Shown here one piece after another: positions 30,656 to 40,742 of a stretch of DNA of 64,000 bases. The position numbers and the translations under genes were made by a program. Below the pieces are notes generated by a model that was given only the letters and a program-made list of their open reading frames with translations, was not told the DNA's origin and did not search any database. Within the stretch, counting starts at the first letter, position 1. Each line of letters starts with the position of its first letter. This DNA is from an uncultured Clostridia bacterium (lineage in GTDB: Bacteria > Bacillota > Clostridia > Christensenellales > Aristaeellaceae), in contig CAMVAJ010000003.1 of NCBI GenBank assembly GCA_947165425.1, forward strand, positions 24,824 through 88,823. The letters are read 5' to 3'.

Positions 30656-30711
30656 GGTTTCTGATCCCAGGACATCCAGCCAGACTGCTTATAAAGGAAG
30701 AAGAGAACCAG

Positions 30712-31962
30712 ATGATTGCTGAAATCGTATGCGTGGGCACGGAGCTGCTCATGGGGCAGGTGGCCAACACGGACGCCCAGTTTCTGGCCCGGGAACTCTC
30801 GGGGCTGGGCATCACCCTGCGGCACGTCACCGTCGTGGGGGACAACCCGGAGCGGCTGAAGACGGAGCTGCGGCGGGCGCTGGACCGCGCCGACGCGGTG
30901 CTGACCACCGGCGGTCTGGGCCCCACGGTGGACGACCTGACCAAGAACGCGGCGGCGGAGCTGCTGGGGAAGGAGCTGGTGCTCTTCCCGGAGGCGGAGC
31001 GCGCCGTGCGGGAGGCCTTTGCCCGGATGGGCCGGCCCATGACGGAGAACAACCTGAGCCAGGCCCGCTTTACCGCGGACAGCGTGCTCTTCCCCAACGA
31101 CTACGGCACCGCCCCGGGGGCGGCGGTCCCCGCGGGGGAGGGCAAGTGGATCCTCCACTTCCCCGGCCCGCCCCGGGAGCTGCAGCCCATGTTCCGCCGC
31201 TACGCCGCGCCCTTCCTGCGGCGCTTCGGGCGGGAGACGCTGGTGAGCCGCTACATCCACATTTTCGGCATGGGCGAGTCCACGGTGGACAGCCTCCTGC
31301 GGGATCTGGAGGAGGGCGGCAACCCGAGCCTGAGCCCCTACTGCTCCACCGGCGAGGTGACCCTGCGCCTGACGGCCTCCGGGGAGACGGAGCAGGACGC
31401 CCGCGCCCTGCTGGCCCCGGTGGAGGCGGAGGTCCGCCGCCGCATCGGGGACAAGGTCTATGCCGTCTCCGACGACATCGACCTCACCATGGCGGACTGC
31501 GTGATCGCGGCGCTGAAGGCGCGGGGCTGGACCGTGGCGACCTGCGAGAGCCTGACCGGCGGCCTCATCGCCGCGACGCTGGTGAACGTCTCCGGAGCCT
31601 CCGACGTGGTGCGGGGCGGCCTGGTGACCTACCAGAGCGTGGCGAAGACGATGCTGGCCGGGGTGCCGGAGGAGCTGATCGAAACCTGCAACGTGGTGAG
31701 CGCCGAGGTGGCCGCCGCCATGGCGGAGGGCGCGCGGGCGCGGCTGGGGGTGGACATCGCCGTCAGCGCCACCGGCCTGGCCGGCCCCGGCGGCGGCACG
31801 CCGGAGCGCCCGGTGGGCACGGTCTTCCTGGGCCTGGCTACGGCGGAGAGGACCTGGACCGTGCCCCTGCGCCTGACCGGCGACCGGGCGCGGATCCGGG
31901 AGCTGACCGTCAAGCACGCGCTGGACGCGCTGCGCCGGGCGGCCCGGGAGAAGGACGCATGA
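30712..31962 (+). CDS. cinA: Competence/damage-inducible protein CinA (MoCF-binding domain + NMN deamidase domain)
   Basis: MIAEIVCVGTELLMGQVANTDAQFLA start and C-terminal ATCESLTGGL motif. Confidence 0.9.
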   Translation: MIAEIVCVGTELLMGQVANTDAQFLARELSGLGITLRHVTVVGDNPERLKTELRRALDRADAVLTTGGLGPTVDDLTKNAAAELLGKELVLFPEAERAVREAFARMGRPMTENNLSQARFTADSVLFPNDYGTAPGAAVPAGEGKWILHFPGPPRELQPMFRRYAAPFLRRFGRETLVSRYIHIFGMGESTVDSLLRDLEEGGNPSLSPYCSTGEVTLRLTASGETEQDARALLAPVEAEVRRRIGDKVYAVSDDIDLTMADCVIAALKARGWTVATCESLTGGLIAATLVNVSGASDVVRGGLVTYQSVAKTMLAGVPEELIETCNVVSAEVAAAMAEGARARLGVDIAVSATGLAGPGGGTPERPVGTVFLGLATAERTWTVPLRLTGDRARIRELTVKHALDALRRAAREKDA

Positions 31963-32687
31963 AGCAGACCAGCAACACGGCCATCGTCCTGCGCTACGCC
32001 AACTACCACGAGCAGGACCGGATGCTGACGCTCTTCAGCCCCACCCGGGGCCGGGTGGAGGCCGTGGCCCGCGGCTGCCGCAAGCCGAAATCCCATCTGC
32101 TCAGCGCCAGCGAGCTCTTCTCTCTGGGCGACTATGAGCTGTTCGAGAAGAACGGGCGGGCCACGGTGATCGGCTTCACGCCCATCGAGAGCTTCTATCC
32201 GCTGCGGAGCGACTTCGACCGGCTGACCTGCGGGGTGTATCTGCTGGCCCTGTGCGAGGCGGCGGTGCAGCCCGGCGCGCAGGAGCAGGATCTCTTCATG
32301 CTGCTGCTGCACACGCTCTCGCGCCTCGCCTTCACCGACCAGCCCTGGGAGGGGCTGGTGACGGGCTTTCTGCACAACTACGCCGCCTGCCAGGGCATGC
32401 GGCCGCGCCTGCGGCACTGCATCCGCTGCGGCCGGCGGGTCGAGGACGGGGAGGCCGCCTGCTTCGACCTGCGCGAGGGCGGGCTTGTCTGCGCCGACCA
32501 CGGCGCCGAGGGCCTCCCCCGCCTGCTCCCCGCCGAGCGGCGCTTTCTGCGGCACGCGGAGGAGACGCCCGCCTCCCAGTGGCTGGCCGACGCGGAGCGG
32601 ACGCCGCCCCTGAGCGTGATGCGCCAGTATGTGGAGGCGCGGCTGGAGATGCCCCTGCGGGCCAGGCTGCCGGAGGTGGAGAGATGA
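31959..32687 (+). CDS. recO: DNA repair protein RecO
   Basis: ATGA overlap with cinA. N-terminal OB-fold region (IVLRYANYHEQDRMLTLFS...G) and a Cys-rich zinc motif CIRCGRR...C.D. Confidence 0.85.
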   Translation: MKQTSNTAIVLRYANYHEQDRMLTLFSPTRGRVEAVARGCRKPKSHLLSASELFSLGDYELFEKNGRATVIGFTPIESFYPLRSDFDRLTCGVYLLALCEAAVQPGAQEQDLFMLLLHTLSRLAFTDQPWEGLVTGFLHNYAACQGMRPRLRHCIRCGRRVEDGEAACFDLREGGLVCADHGAEGLPRLLPAERRFLRHAEETPASQWLADAERTPPLSVMRQYVEARLEMPLRARLPEVER

Positions 32688-33163
32688 ACGCGACCCTGAT
32701 CTCGGTGGGAAAGCTCCGGGAGAAGCCCTACCGCGCCATGGCGGACGAGTATCTCAAGCGGCTGAGCCGCTACGGGCGCTACCGGGAGGTGGAACTGCCC
32801 GACCTGGCCGAGCCGGAGGGCGGCTCCGCAGCCCTGGAGGAGCAGGTGCGCCGCCGGGAGGGCGAGGCGATCCTGAAGGCCATCCGCCCCGGCGACTATG
32901 TGATCGCTCTGACGATCCCGGGGAGGCGCTGGGAGTCCCCCGCGCTGGCCCGGCATTTAGACGAGCTGACCCTGCGGGTCCCGGGGGAGAAGGTCTTCGT
33001 CATCGGCGGCTCCCTGGGCCTCTCGCCGGAGGTCATCGCCCGGGCGGACGAGGAGCTGTCCATGTCCCCGATGACCTTTCCCCACCAGCTGGCCCGCGTG
33101 ATGCTGCTGGAGCAGCTCTACCGCTGCGCCCGGATCTCGGCGGGGGAGAGGTATCACAAGTAA
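32684..33163 (+). CDS. rlmH: 23S rRNA (pseudouridine1915-N3)-methyltransferase
   Basis: 159-aa SPOUT protein with a VGKLREK.Y start and a FVIGGSLGLS..V...A motif. Confidence 0.9.
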   Translation: MNATLISVGKLREKPYRAMADEYLKRLSRYGRYREVELPDLAEPEGGSAALEEQVRRREGEAILKAIRPGDYVIALTIPGRRWESPALARHLDELTLRVPGEKVFVIGGSLGLSPEVIARADEELSMSPMTFPHQLARVMLLEQLYRCARISAGERYHK

Positions 33164-33242
33164 AAACAGATCCTTACCACTGTCCCGATTCCGTTCATAG
33201 CATGCAATGCTTTGAGTTTTATCCAAACGCTGTGGGCCAAAA

Positions 33243-33430
33243 ACCTCATCCACCATCGCCCCGCGGAGGGCGATGGTCCCCCTTCCCCTGAAGGGGAAGG
33301 TTTTTGATTACTGCGCCTTTTGGAAGCAATCGCAGGGTCTTCATTGATGGAATCTATCCACTGAGCAACGGTGCAAAGCCCAACCTTCCCCTTTAGGGGA
33401 AGGGGGACCGCCGCAGCGGTGGATGAGGTC
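33243..33430. repeat. Head-to-head pair of subfamily 3 mosaic half-units (copy e)
   Basis: 33243-33305 (ACCTCATCCACC...GGTCCCCC, CCTTCCCC-TGAA-GGGGAAGG, TTTTT) and its inverted counterpart 33382-33430 (CCTTCCCC-TTTA-GGGGAAGG, GGGGACCGCCGCAGCGGTGGATGAGGT), separated by about 76 bp. Confidence 0.9.
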
Positions 33431-33524
33431 CGGTACCCGGAGCGACGGAGAGGGTTCATAGTACGTTGTACGATGTTTATATGGCGGAGGGCGATGCCGG
33501 ATGAGGCCCGCGCTTTTCATCCGC

Positions 33525-33553
33525 TTGCGTCCCTCCCGGGGCTGTGGTATAAT
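33525..33553 (+). promoter_or_regulatory. Promoter of nadK
   Basis: TTGCGT, 17-nt spacer ending in TGTGG, TATAAT. Confidence 0.55.
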
Positions 33554-33608
33554 TCCGACGAATATACACGCGGGCGGACGAGCGCCCGGCGAGGCGGGAG
33601 GGGGATCC

Positions 33609-34433
33609 ATGCGTTATCGGCTGATCGCGCCGGCGGACAAGACGGCGGCGGTGGAGACGGCCCGCCGCACGGCGGCGTGGCTCGCGGAGCGGGGCATCCC
33701 CTTCAGCTGCGAGGCGCCCCTGGCGGCCCTGGTGGGCCGGGGGGACGACGACGGCGGCGCGCCGGAGCTGCTGATCGCCCTGGGCGGCGACGGGACGGTG
33801 CTGCGCGCCGCGCAGGAGGCCGTGCGCCTCGACGTGCCGCTGCTGGGGGTCAACCTGGGGAACACGGGCTTTCTGGCCGAGGTCGAGCCCGAGGCGCTGG
33901 AGACCGCGCTGGCCCGCCTGACCGCGGGCGACTGGCGCGAGGAGCGGCGGAGCCTGCTGGAGGTCTCGCTGAACGACCAGCGCTATCTGGCCCTCAACGA
34001 CGCCGTGCTCACCCGCGGCGGCTACGCCCGGCTCATCCGCCTGACCATCTCGGTGGACGGCAGCTGGGCGGAGGACTACCGCGCCGACGGCCTGATCGTC
34101 GCCACGCCGACGGGCTCCACGGGGTATTCCCTCTCCGCGGGCGGGCCCATCATCACCCCCGGCGTGGACGGCATGGTGGTCACGCCGATCTGCGCCCACA
34201 GCCTGCAGCACCGGCCCTTCGTGGTGCCGGGCGGGAGCGAGATCACCCTGACCCTGCGGGGCGGCGAGCCGATGGAGGCCTCGCTGCAGATCGACGGCCA
34301 GGGCAAGGCGACCCTGACCCAGGGCGGGCGGATCGTGATCCGCAAGAGCGGCCGGGCGGTGCGCCTGGTGCGGATGCGGGAGATCGGCTTTTTCGATCTG
34401 GTCCACCAGAAGCTGACGGAGTGGAGCAGATGA
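33609..34433 (+). CDS. nadK: NAD kinase
   Basis: GGDGTVL motif (IALGGDGTVLRAA) and NDAV, TPTGSTGYSLSAGGP motifs. ATG 33609 was chosen over the longer track ORF. Confidence 0.9.
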   Translation: MRYRLIAPADKTAAVETARRTAAWLAERGIPFSCEAPLAALVGRGDDDGGAPELLIALGGDGTVLRAAQEAVRLDVPLLGVNLGNTGFLAEVEPEALETALARLTAGDWREERRSLLEVSLNDQRYLALNDAVLTRGGYARLIRLTISVDGSWAEDYRADGLIVATPTGSTGYSLSAGGPIITPGVDGMVVTPICAHSLQHRPFVVPGGSEITLTLRGGEPMEASLQIDGQGKATLTQGGRIVIRKSGRAVRLVRMREIGFFDLVHQKLTEWSR

Positions 34434-34467
34434 CCGGAGCTCATTCAGCAGGAAAGGAGAACAAGCC

Positions 34468-34917
34468 ATGGACAAGACGCAGCGGCAGAAGACCATCCTC
34501 AGCCTGATCGCGGAGCGGGGGATCGGCACCCAGGAGGATCTCGTGGACGCGCTCCGGGCGATGGACATCCAGGTGACCCAGGCGACGGTCTCCCGGGATA
34601 TCCGCGAGCTGCACCTGGTCAAGCGCACCGGGGAGTACGGCACGCGCTACGTCAAGCCCGAGGCGGAGGAGCACTCGGTCACAGGCCGCTTCCACCGGAT
34701 GCTGCGCGAGTCGGTGCTCTCGGTGGGCCGCTCGGAGAACCTGCTGGTGGTGCGGACGCTCTCCGGCTCCGCGAACGTGGCCGGCGAGGCCCTCGACTCC
34801 CTGGAGTGGCCGGAGATTTTAGGCACCATCGCCGGAGACAACACGGTCCTGGTGATCGCCCGCTCGGTGCAGGAGGCCCCGGACCTGGCCCAGCGGCTGC
34901 AGAAGCTGATCAAGTGA
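34468..34917 (+). CDS. argR: Arginine repressor
   Basis: 149 aa with a winged-helix N-terminus (RQKTILSLI....I.TQE.LV..L...G..VTQATVSRDI.EL) and a C-terminal GTIAGDNT motif. Confidence 0.9.
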   Translation: MDKTQRQKTILSLIAERGIGTQEDLVDALRAMDIQVTQATVSRDIRELHLVKRTGEYGTRYVKPEAEEHSVTGRFHRMLRESVLSVGRSENLLVVRTLSGSANVAGEALDSLEWPEILGTIAGDNTVLVIARSVQEAPDLAQRLQKLIK

Positions 34918-34955
34918 CCATGGCGTGATTCGGATTCGCCACAGGAGGGGCACAG

Positions 34956-36659
34956 ATGCTGCAAAGTCTGACCATCCGCAATATTGCGCTGATCGAGGAG
35001 CTGACCATCCCGTTCGGGCGTGGCCTGCACACCCTGACCGGCGAGACCGGCGCGGGCAAGTCCATCGTTGTGGACGCGGTCAACCTGGCGCTGGGCGGGC
35101 GGAGTGACCGGGGCCTGATCCGCACCGGCGCGGAGCGCGCCTCCGTGGAGGCGGTTTTTGACGTCTCCGGGAACCCGGCGGCCCAGGCCTGGCTGGCGGA
35201 GCAGGGCCTGGGGGAGCCGGGGGAGCCGCTGATCCTCTGGCGGGAGCTGACCGCCTCCGGGAAGACCCTCTGCCGCATTGGCGGCGTGGTGACGCCCCTG
35301 GCCTCCCTACGGGAGATAGCGGCCCTGCTGATGGACGTGCACGGCCAGCACGAGACCCGCTTCCTGATGGACGACCGGTACCACCTCTCGCTCCTGGACA
35401 GCGCCGGGGACGCGGCGCACCAGGCGCTGCTGCGGGAGACGGCCCAGGCCTGCGCCGACTTCCTGGACTGCCACCGGCGCTACGCGAAGCTGGTGCGCGA
35501 GAACGAGCAGCGGCAGGCCCGCATGGCCGAGCTGACCGAGGACCTGGCGGAGCTGGACGCCGCGAAGCTGCAGGCGGGCGAGGAGGAGAAGCTGACCCGG
35601 GAGCGGGACGAGCTCCGCCACGCGGAGAAGATCGCCGCCGCGCTCCGGCTGGCCTACGGCGCCATCGCGGAGGGCGACCTGGAGCCGGTGCTGACCAAGC
35701 TCAAGCCCGCGGCGGACGCGCTGGGGCAGATCGCGTCCCTGGGGGAGAAATACCAGTCCCTCTCGGGTCGGCTGCAGAGCGCCTACTACGAGCTGGAGGA
35801 GATCAGCTACGAGCTGGCGGGCCTGCTGGAGAACGGCCTGTTCGACCCGCGCCGGGCGGAGGAGGTGGAGAGCCGCCTGCAGCTGATCGCCCGGCTGACG
35901 CGCCGGTATGGCGCGGACATCCCCGGCCTGCTCCGGCGGGCGGAGGAGATGCGCGGGGAGCTGGAGCGCTTCGCCTCGATGGACGGGGAACTGCACAGCC
36001 TCGGCGCGGAGGACAAAAAACGCCTCGCCCGCTACCGGCAGGCCGCGAAGGCGCTCACCGAGAGCAGGACCGCGCTGGCGGAGCGCTTTGAACGCGGCAT
36101 GGAGGCGCAGCTGCGGGACCTGGGGATGGAGCGGACGGTGCTGCGGGCGGTGTTCGCCCCGAAGCCGGAGAAGGCGAGGATGCCCCGCCCCACGGGCGAC
36201 GATGAGGTCTCCTTCATGATCTCCCCCAACCCCGGCGAGCCCCTGCGCCCCCTGGCGAAGATCGCCTCCGGCGGCGAGCTCTCCCGGCTGATGCTGGCGC
36301 TGAAAAACATGGAGGCCAGCCACGCGGGCGTGGACTGCATGGTCTTCGACGAGATCGACACCGGCATCTCCGGCCGGGTCGCCCAGGCCGTGGCGGAGAA
36401 GATGGCCAACATCGCCGCCACGAGACAGGTGCTCTGCGTGACCCACCTGCCCCAGCTGGCCGCGATGGCGGACGTCCCGCTGCTGGTGCGCAAGGAGGTC
36501 GTGGACGGCCGCACCTACACGAGGGTGCAGCGCCTCGACGCCGAGGCCCACGCCGCGGAGGTCGCCCGGATGCTCGGCGGCGCCGACGGCAGCATGGAGA
36601 GCGCCCTCTCCCATGCCCGGAGCATGATCGCCTCCGCCGCGGAGCGCAAGGCGCGCTGA
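34956..36659 (+). CDS. recN: DNA repair protein RecN
   Basis: Walker A GETGAGKS, long coiled-coil centre, C-terminal SGGELSR and VFDEID motifs. argR-recN synteny. Confidence 0.95.
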   Translation: MLQSLTIRNIALIEELTIPFGRGLHTLTGETGAGKSIVVDAVNLALGGRSDRGLIRTGAERASVEAVFDVSGNPAAQAWLAEQGLGEPGEPLILWRELTASGKTLCRIGGVVTPLASLREIAALLMDVHGQHETRFLMDDRYHLSLLDSAGDAAHQALLRETAQACADFLDCHRRYAKLVRENEQRQARMAELTEDLAELDAAKLQAGEEEKLTRERDELRHAEKIAAALRLAYGAIAEGDLEPVLTKLKPAADALGQIASLGEKYQSLSGRLQSAYYELEEISYELAGLLENGLFDPRRAEEVESRLQLIARLTRRYGADIPGLLRRAEEMRGELERFASMDGELHSLGAEDKKRLARYRQAAKALTESRTALAERFERGMEAQLRDLGMERTVLRAVFAPKPEKARMPRPTGDDEVSFMISPNPGEPLRPLAKIASGGELSRLMLALKNMEASHAGVDCMVFDEIDTGISGRVAQAVAEKMANIAATRQVLCVTHLPQLAAMADVPLLVRKEVVDGRTYTRVQRLDAEAHAAEVARMLGGADGSMESALSHARSMIASAAERKAR

Positions 36660-36751
36660 CCGCCGGTTTCGCCGACGCTTGCTATTTCCCGTTTTCTATC
36701 ATATAATGCAGGTTGGACGGCGCCGATGCCGTCCGAGAAGGAGGTGACCGC

Positions 36752-39700
36752 ATGAGCGAACGCCGCAGCAGGCGGCTGCAGGGCGCGGAGCTGGCCGACG
36801 CGCCGGACGCGCGCCAGCGCAGCCGCAGACGCAGCCGCGCCAAGATCGTTTTTGCACTGATTGTGATGGGGGCCGCCCTGGCGCTGCTCGTGCTGGTGAC
36901 CCCGTGGGAGCCGCAGACCCGGGCGCTGCACACCCTCGCCAACGCCAACGGCGCGGTGGACCTGGAGGATGGCGCGGCGCAGCTCAGCGCCTACCAGGCG
37001 CTGAAAATCAGCGAGATCATGCCATCCAACCATACGGCGGTGCCCGACGAGAGCGGCAACTTCGGCGACTGGGTGGAGATCTGGAACAGCGGGGACGAGC
37101 CCATCGACATGAAGGGCGTCGGCCTGAGCGACCGGGGGGATTCCATCCGCTTCCTCTTCCCCGCCATGACCCTGCAGCCGGACGGCCGGGTGATCGTCTT
37201 CTGCGACAACAGCAACCAGGTGGAGAGCGGCAAGCCCTTCCACGCGAAATTCAAGCTCTCCTCCGTGGGCGAGACGGTCTACCTCTACGACCCGAACGCC
37301 TTCCTGATCGACCAGGTGGCCTACGGCATCCTGGGCTCGGACACCTCCTGGTCGCTGCTCTCGGACGGCGCCTGGCGGGAGGTCGCCTACTTCTCCCCGG
37401 GCTACGCCAACAGCGAGGAGGGCAACACCGCCTACCGCACCGACACGATGGTGCACGACGGGGCGCTGATCATCAACGAGGTCTGTGCGGACGCCAAGTC
37501 CGGCCTGACCGACGAGGATGGGGAGTTCTCCGACTGGATCGAGCTCTACAACGCCACCGGCGAGGTGGTGTATCTGGACAACTACGCCCTCTCCGACCGG
37601 GAGAACAAGCCGCTGAAATGGCGCTTCCCGGACGGGGCGGTGGTGGCGCCCCACAGCTACTATATCGTCTTCTGCTCCGGCAAGGACCGCCGGGCGGACG
37701 CCACGGTGATCCCCCACGCGAACTTCCGCCTGAGCGCCGAGCACGACACCATTGTCCTCTCGGACGCGCGGGGCCGCGTGGTGGACCGGACGACGGTGGA
37801 CAACCTGCCCGAGGACGCCTCCTGGGCCCGGGATCCCAACGGGATCTTCACCGTCCACCTGATGACGACCCCGGGCCGGGACAACGCCGACATCGGCGGG
37901 GCGGACATGGATCTGCGCCGCCGCAACCGCCTCGGCGTCTACCTCTCGGAGGTCATGGCCTCCAACGACACCACGGCGACGAAGGAGAGCGTCGGCTACT
38001 GCGACTGGGTGGAGCTGTACAACGCCGGCGCCGAGCCGGTGAACCTCAGCGGCTACGGCCTCTCCGACAATATCGGGAGGCCGCGCCGCTGGCAGTTCCC
38101 GGCGGGCACGGTGATCACCCCCGGCGCGTACATGCTCGTCTACTGCGACGGCCTGAGCGAGAAGAGCGTCGTGGGCGAGCTGCACACCAATTTCAAGATC
38201 CGCCGGGCGGGCGGGGAGACCGTATGCCTCTGCGACCCGGACGGCAGGGTGATCGACAAGCTGACCATGCCTGCCGTTCCGACCAACGTGTCCTATGGGC
38301 GCACCCTGGGCACTTCCGGCTTTTTTTATTATGACGCCCCGACGCCCTTCGCGGCGAACATCGGCGGCTTCAAGGGCTATGCGGCCAAGCCCGCCTTCAC
38401 CGAGGAGCCGGGCCTGTACTACTCCACGGTCTACACCGGCTTCACCGCCCCCGAGGGGCTGAGCATCCACTACACTACCGACGGCTCGGTGCCCACGCTG
38501 GACTCCCCGATCTACCAGGGCGAGATCATCGAGATGAACTTCACGGGCATCCTGCGGGCCCGCGCCTTCTCCAGCGATCCGCTGGTCTACGCCAGCGAGA
38601 TCCTCTCCGGCACCTTCTTCGTCAACGCCTACCACACGCTGCCGGTGTTCTCGCTGATCACGGACCCGGAGCTGCTCTGGAACGAGACGGACGGCATGCT
38701 GGCCGCGGGGCCGAACATGGTCAAGGAGGGGCCGGGCATCCTGCCCTTCAAGAACACGGTCTACCGGGAGTTCGGCAAGGCCTTCTACCGGAACGTGCAC
38801 GTGGAGTATTACGGCCTGGACGGCACCACGATCCTGAACCAGGACGCGGGCTACAAGCTCATGGGCGACTTCTCCCTCGACATGCCCCAGAAGAGCATGA
38901 AATTCCGGGCCAAGTCCCTCTATGGGACCAAGCTCTTCAGCGCCGCCCTCTTCGAGGACCGGCCCTGGACGGAGTACAAGTCCTTCGTCCTGCGCAACTC
39001 CGGCAACGACAGCATGTGGACCCGCCTGCAGGACGGCTTCCAGTCCCGGCTGATCGACGCCTACCAGGCCACGGTGGACTACCCGGAGGACACGCTCCCG
39101 GTGATCCACCAGGCGTGGAAGCCGGTGGTGGTCTACCTGAACGGCATCTACTGGGGCCACATGAACCTGCGCGAGCGGGTGGACCGCTTCATGGTCGCCC
39201 AGCACGAGGGCTACGACCTCTCCGCGGTGCCCGAGATGCAGATCCTGCAGGCCTCCGGCACGGTCAAGGAGGGCGTCCGCGCCGACCGCAAGGCCTGGCA
39301 GGCCTTCACGGCGAAGCTGAAAAAGTCCAACCCCGCCAAGAACGCCGACGACCTGCAGTATCTGCTGGACAACGTGGACGTGGCCAACCATTTCGAGTAC
39401 ATGGCCCTGGAGATGTACTTCGGCAACTCCGACATCGGCAACACGCGCTTCTACCGCCTGCGCGGCGAGGGGAACAAGTGGCGCTGGATCCTCTACGACG
39501 TGGACTACGGCATGTACACCTCCAACTGGAACTCCCCCTGGAGCTACACCAAGAAGGAGGGCATGGGCCAGAAGAAGATCGACAACACGGTCTTCATGAC
39601 CCTGCTGAGCGTGCCGCAGTACCGGGACATGTTCCTGCGGAAGCTGGCGGATGTGTTCAACTTCTTCACCAGCGAGCGGATGCTGGAGATCCTGGAGCCG

Positions 39701-39967
39701 ATGGTGGAGCAGATCAAGCCGGAGATGACCCTGCACTGGGCCCGGTGGGGCCCGGAGAACGACAAGATGGTTGTCTCCGACGCGCCCACCACCGCCGACG
39801 GCGCCTACCGCTACTGGGAGACCCGCGTGGAGCGGCTGCGGAACGTCTGCCGCAAGCGTCCCCACAACCTCTGGGAGCTGATCCGCGACGGCTTCAATCT
39901 CACCAACCAGCAGATGCTGGACTACGGCTTCGGCACCCAGCCGGACTTCGCCGAGGGCGCCTTCTGA
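36752..39967 (+). CDS. Membrane-anchored CotH-family kinase with three lamin-tail (LTD) domains
   Basis: GAAGGAGG RBS. Arg-rich N-terminus plus one TM. Three repeats of the pattern ISE(I/V)M.SN........G...DW(V/I)E(I/L)(W/Y)N.G.E...L.GYGLSD. IHYTTDGS.PT (chitobiase-C-like). C-terminal CotH-type region (YR...VEYYG.., LRNSGND, N...YM.LE..FGN.D). Confidence 0.75.
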   Translation: MSERRSRRLQGAELADAPDARQRSRRRSRAKIVFALIVMGAALALLVLVTPWEPQTRALHTLANANGAVDLEDGAAQLSAYQALKISEIMPSNHTAVPDESGNFGDWVEIWNSGDEPIDMKGVGLSDRGDSIRFLFPAMTLQPDGRVIVFCDNSNQVESGKPFHAKFKLSSVGETVYLYDPNAFLIDQVAYGILGSDTSWSLLSDGAWREVAYFSPGYANSEEGNTAYRTDTMVHDGALIINEVCADAKSGLTDEDGEFSDWIELYNATGEVVYLDNYALSDRENKPLKWRFPDGAVVAPHSYYIVFCSGKDRRADATVIPHANFRLSAEHDTIVLSDARGRVVDRTTVDNLPEDASWARDPNGIFTVHLMTTPGRDNADIGGADMDLRRRNRLGVYLSEVMASNDTTATKESVGYCDWVELYNAGAEPVNLSGYGLSDNIGRPRRWQFPAGTVITPGAYMLVYCDGLSEKSVVGELHTNFKIRRAGGETVCLCDPDGRVIDKLTMPAVPTNVSYGRTLGTSGFFYYDAPTPFAANIGGFKGYAAKPAFTEEPGLYYSTVYTGFTAPEGLSIHYTTDGSVPTLDSPIYQGEIIEMNFTGILRARAFSSDPLVYASEILSGTFFVNAYHTLPVFSLITDPELLWNETDGMLAAGPNMVKEGPGILPFKNTVYREFGKAFYRNVHVEYYGLDGTTILNQDAGYKLMGDFSLDMPQKSMKFRAKSLYGTKLFSAALFEDRPWTEYKSFVLRNSGNDSMWTRLQDGFQSRLIDAYQATVDYPEDTLPVIHQAWKPVVVYLNGIYWGHMNLRERVDRFMVAQHEGYDLSAVPEMQILQASGTVKEGVRADRKAWQAFTAKLKKSNPAKNADDLQYLLDNVDVANHFEYMALEMYFGNSDIGNTRFYRLRGEGNKWRWILYDVDYGMYTSNWNSPWSYTKKEGMGQKKIDNTVFMTLLSVPQYRDMFLRKLADVFNFFTSERMLEILEPMVEQIKPEMTLHWARWGPENDKMVVSDAPTTADGAYRYWETRVERLRNVCRKRPHNLWELIRDGFNLTNQQMLDYGFGTQPDFAEGAF

Positions 39968-40025
39968 CGCCCGACGATCCCACCTCCGCGCGCAGCGCCG
40001 ACCCTGACAAAAGGAGTGTCCGCAC

Positions 40026-40742
40026 ATGTTCTTTTCCACCGCCCTGGCCGAGTCCCTCAGCACCAAGGATCTGCTGAAGAACGACTCCAACCTGGCCCAG
40101 TACTTCCAGTCCCAGTTCGAGGCGCTCACGCCCATGAAGGTGGTCATCGCCCTGGCGATGGGCCTGCTGGTGGGCCTGCTGGTGGCCTTCACCTACAAGC
40201 GCTGCTACCGCGGCGTGCTCTACAGCCCCAACTTCTCCCTGACGCTGATCATGCTGACGCTGATCACCACGCCCGTGGTCATGTGCATCAAGAGCGACAT
40301 CTCCCTCTCGATGGGCATGGTGGGCGCGCTGTCGATCGTCCGCTTCCGCACGGCGGTGAAGGAGCCACTGGACACGGCCTACATGTTCTGGGCCCTGACC
40401 ATGGGCATCCTGCTGGGCGCGGAGCTGTATGTGGCGGCCGTCGCCGTGGCGCTGGGCATCGCGGTGATCCTGTTCCTCCTGACCTTCCTCAAGCTCTCCA
40501 ACAACGCGGCCTATCTGCTGGTCGTGCACTATGACGAGGCGGCGGAGGGCGACATCCAGCAGCTCCTGCGGGCGATGGTGAAGTACCGCCGCCTGCGCTC
40601 CAAGACCGTCACCCGCAACGGCGCGGAGATGACCGTGGAGGTCCGCCTGGACGACAAGCAGAGCCTGGTGGCCAGCGTCCTGAACATCGAGGGCGTCTAC
40701 GACGCCACCCTTGTGGCCTGCCAGACGGAGGCGGGCGCGTAA
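40026..40742 (+). CDS. DUF4956 membrane protein
   Basis: Multi-TM with the hallmark GALSIVRFRTAVKEPLD. It is a conserved neighbour of VTC-domain and CotH genes. Confidence 0.7.
   Translation: MFFSTALAESLSTKDLLKNDSNLAQYFQSQFEALTPMKVVIALAMGLLVGLLVAFTYKRCYRGVLYSPNFSLTLIMLTLITTPVVMCIKSDISLSMGMVGALSIVRFRTAVKEPLDTAYMFWALTMGILLGAELYVAAVAVALGIAVILFLLTFLKLSNNAAYLLVVHYDEAAEGDIQQLLRAMVKYRRLRSKTVTRNGAEMTVEVRLDDKQSLVASVLNIEGVYDATLVACQTEAGA

Noticed and set aside
36515-40192. 1225-aa ORF on the minus strand, opposite the CotH gene
   Set aside because: This is a typical shadow ORF of a very GC-rich coding region. The translation is low-complexity and rich in Arg/Gly/Ala/Val/His, with no RBS or motif. The + strand frame carries clear LTD and CotH motifs.
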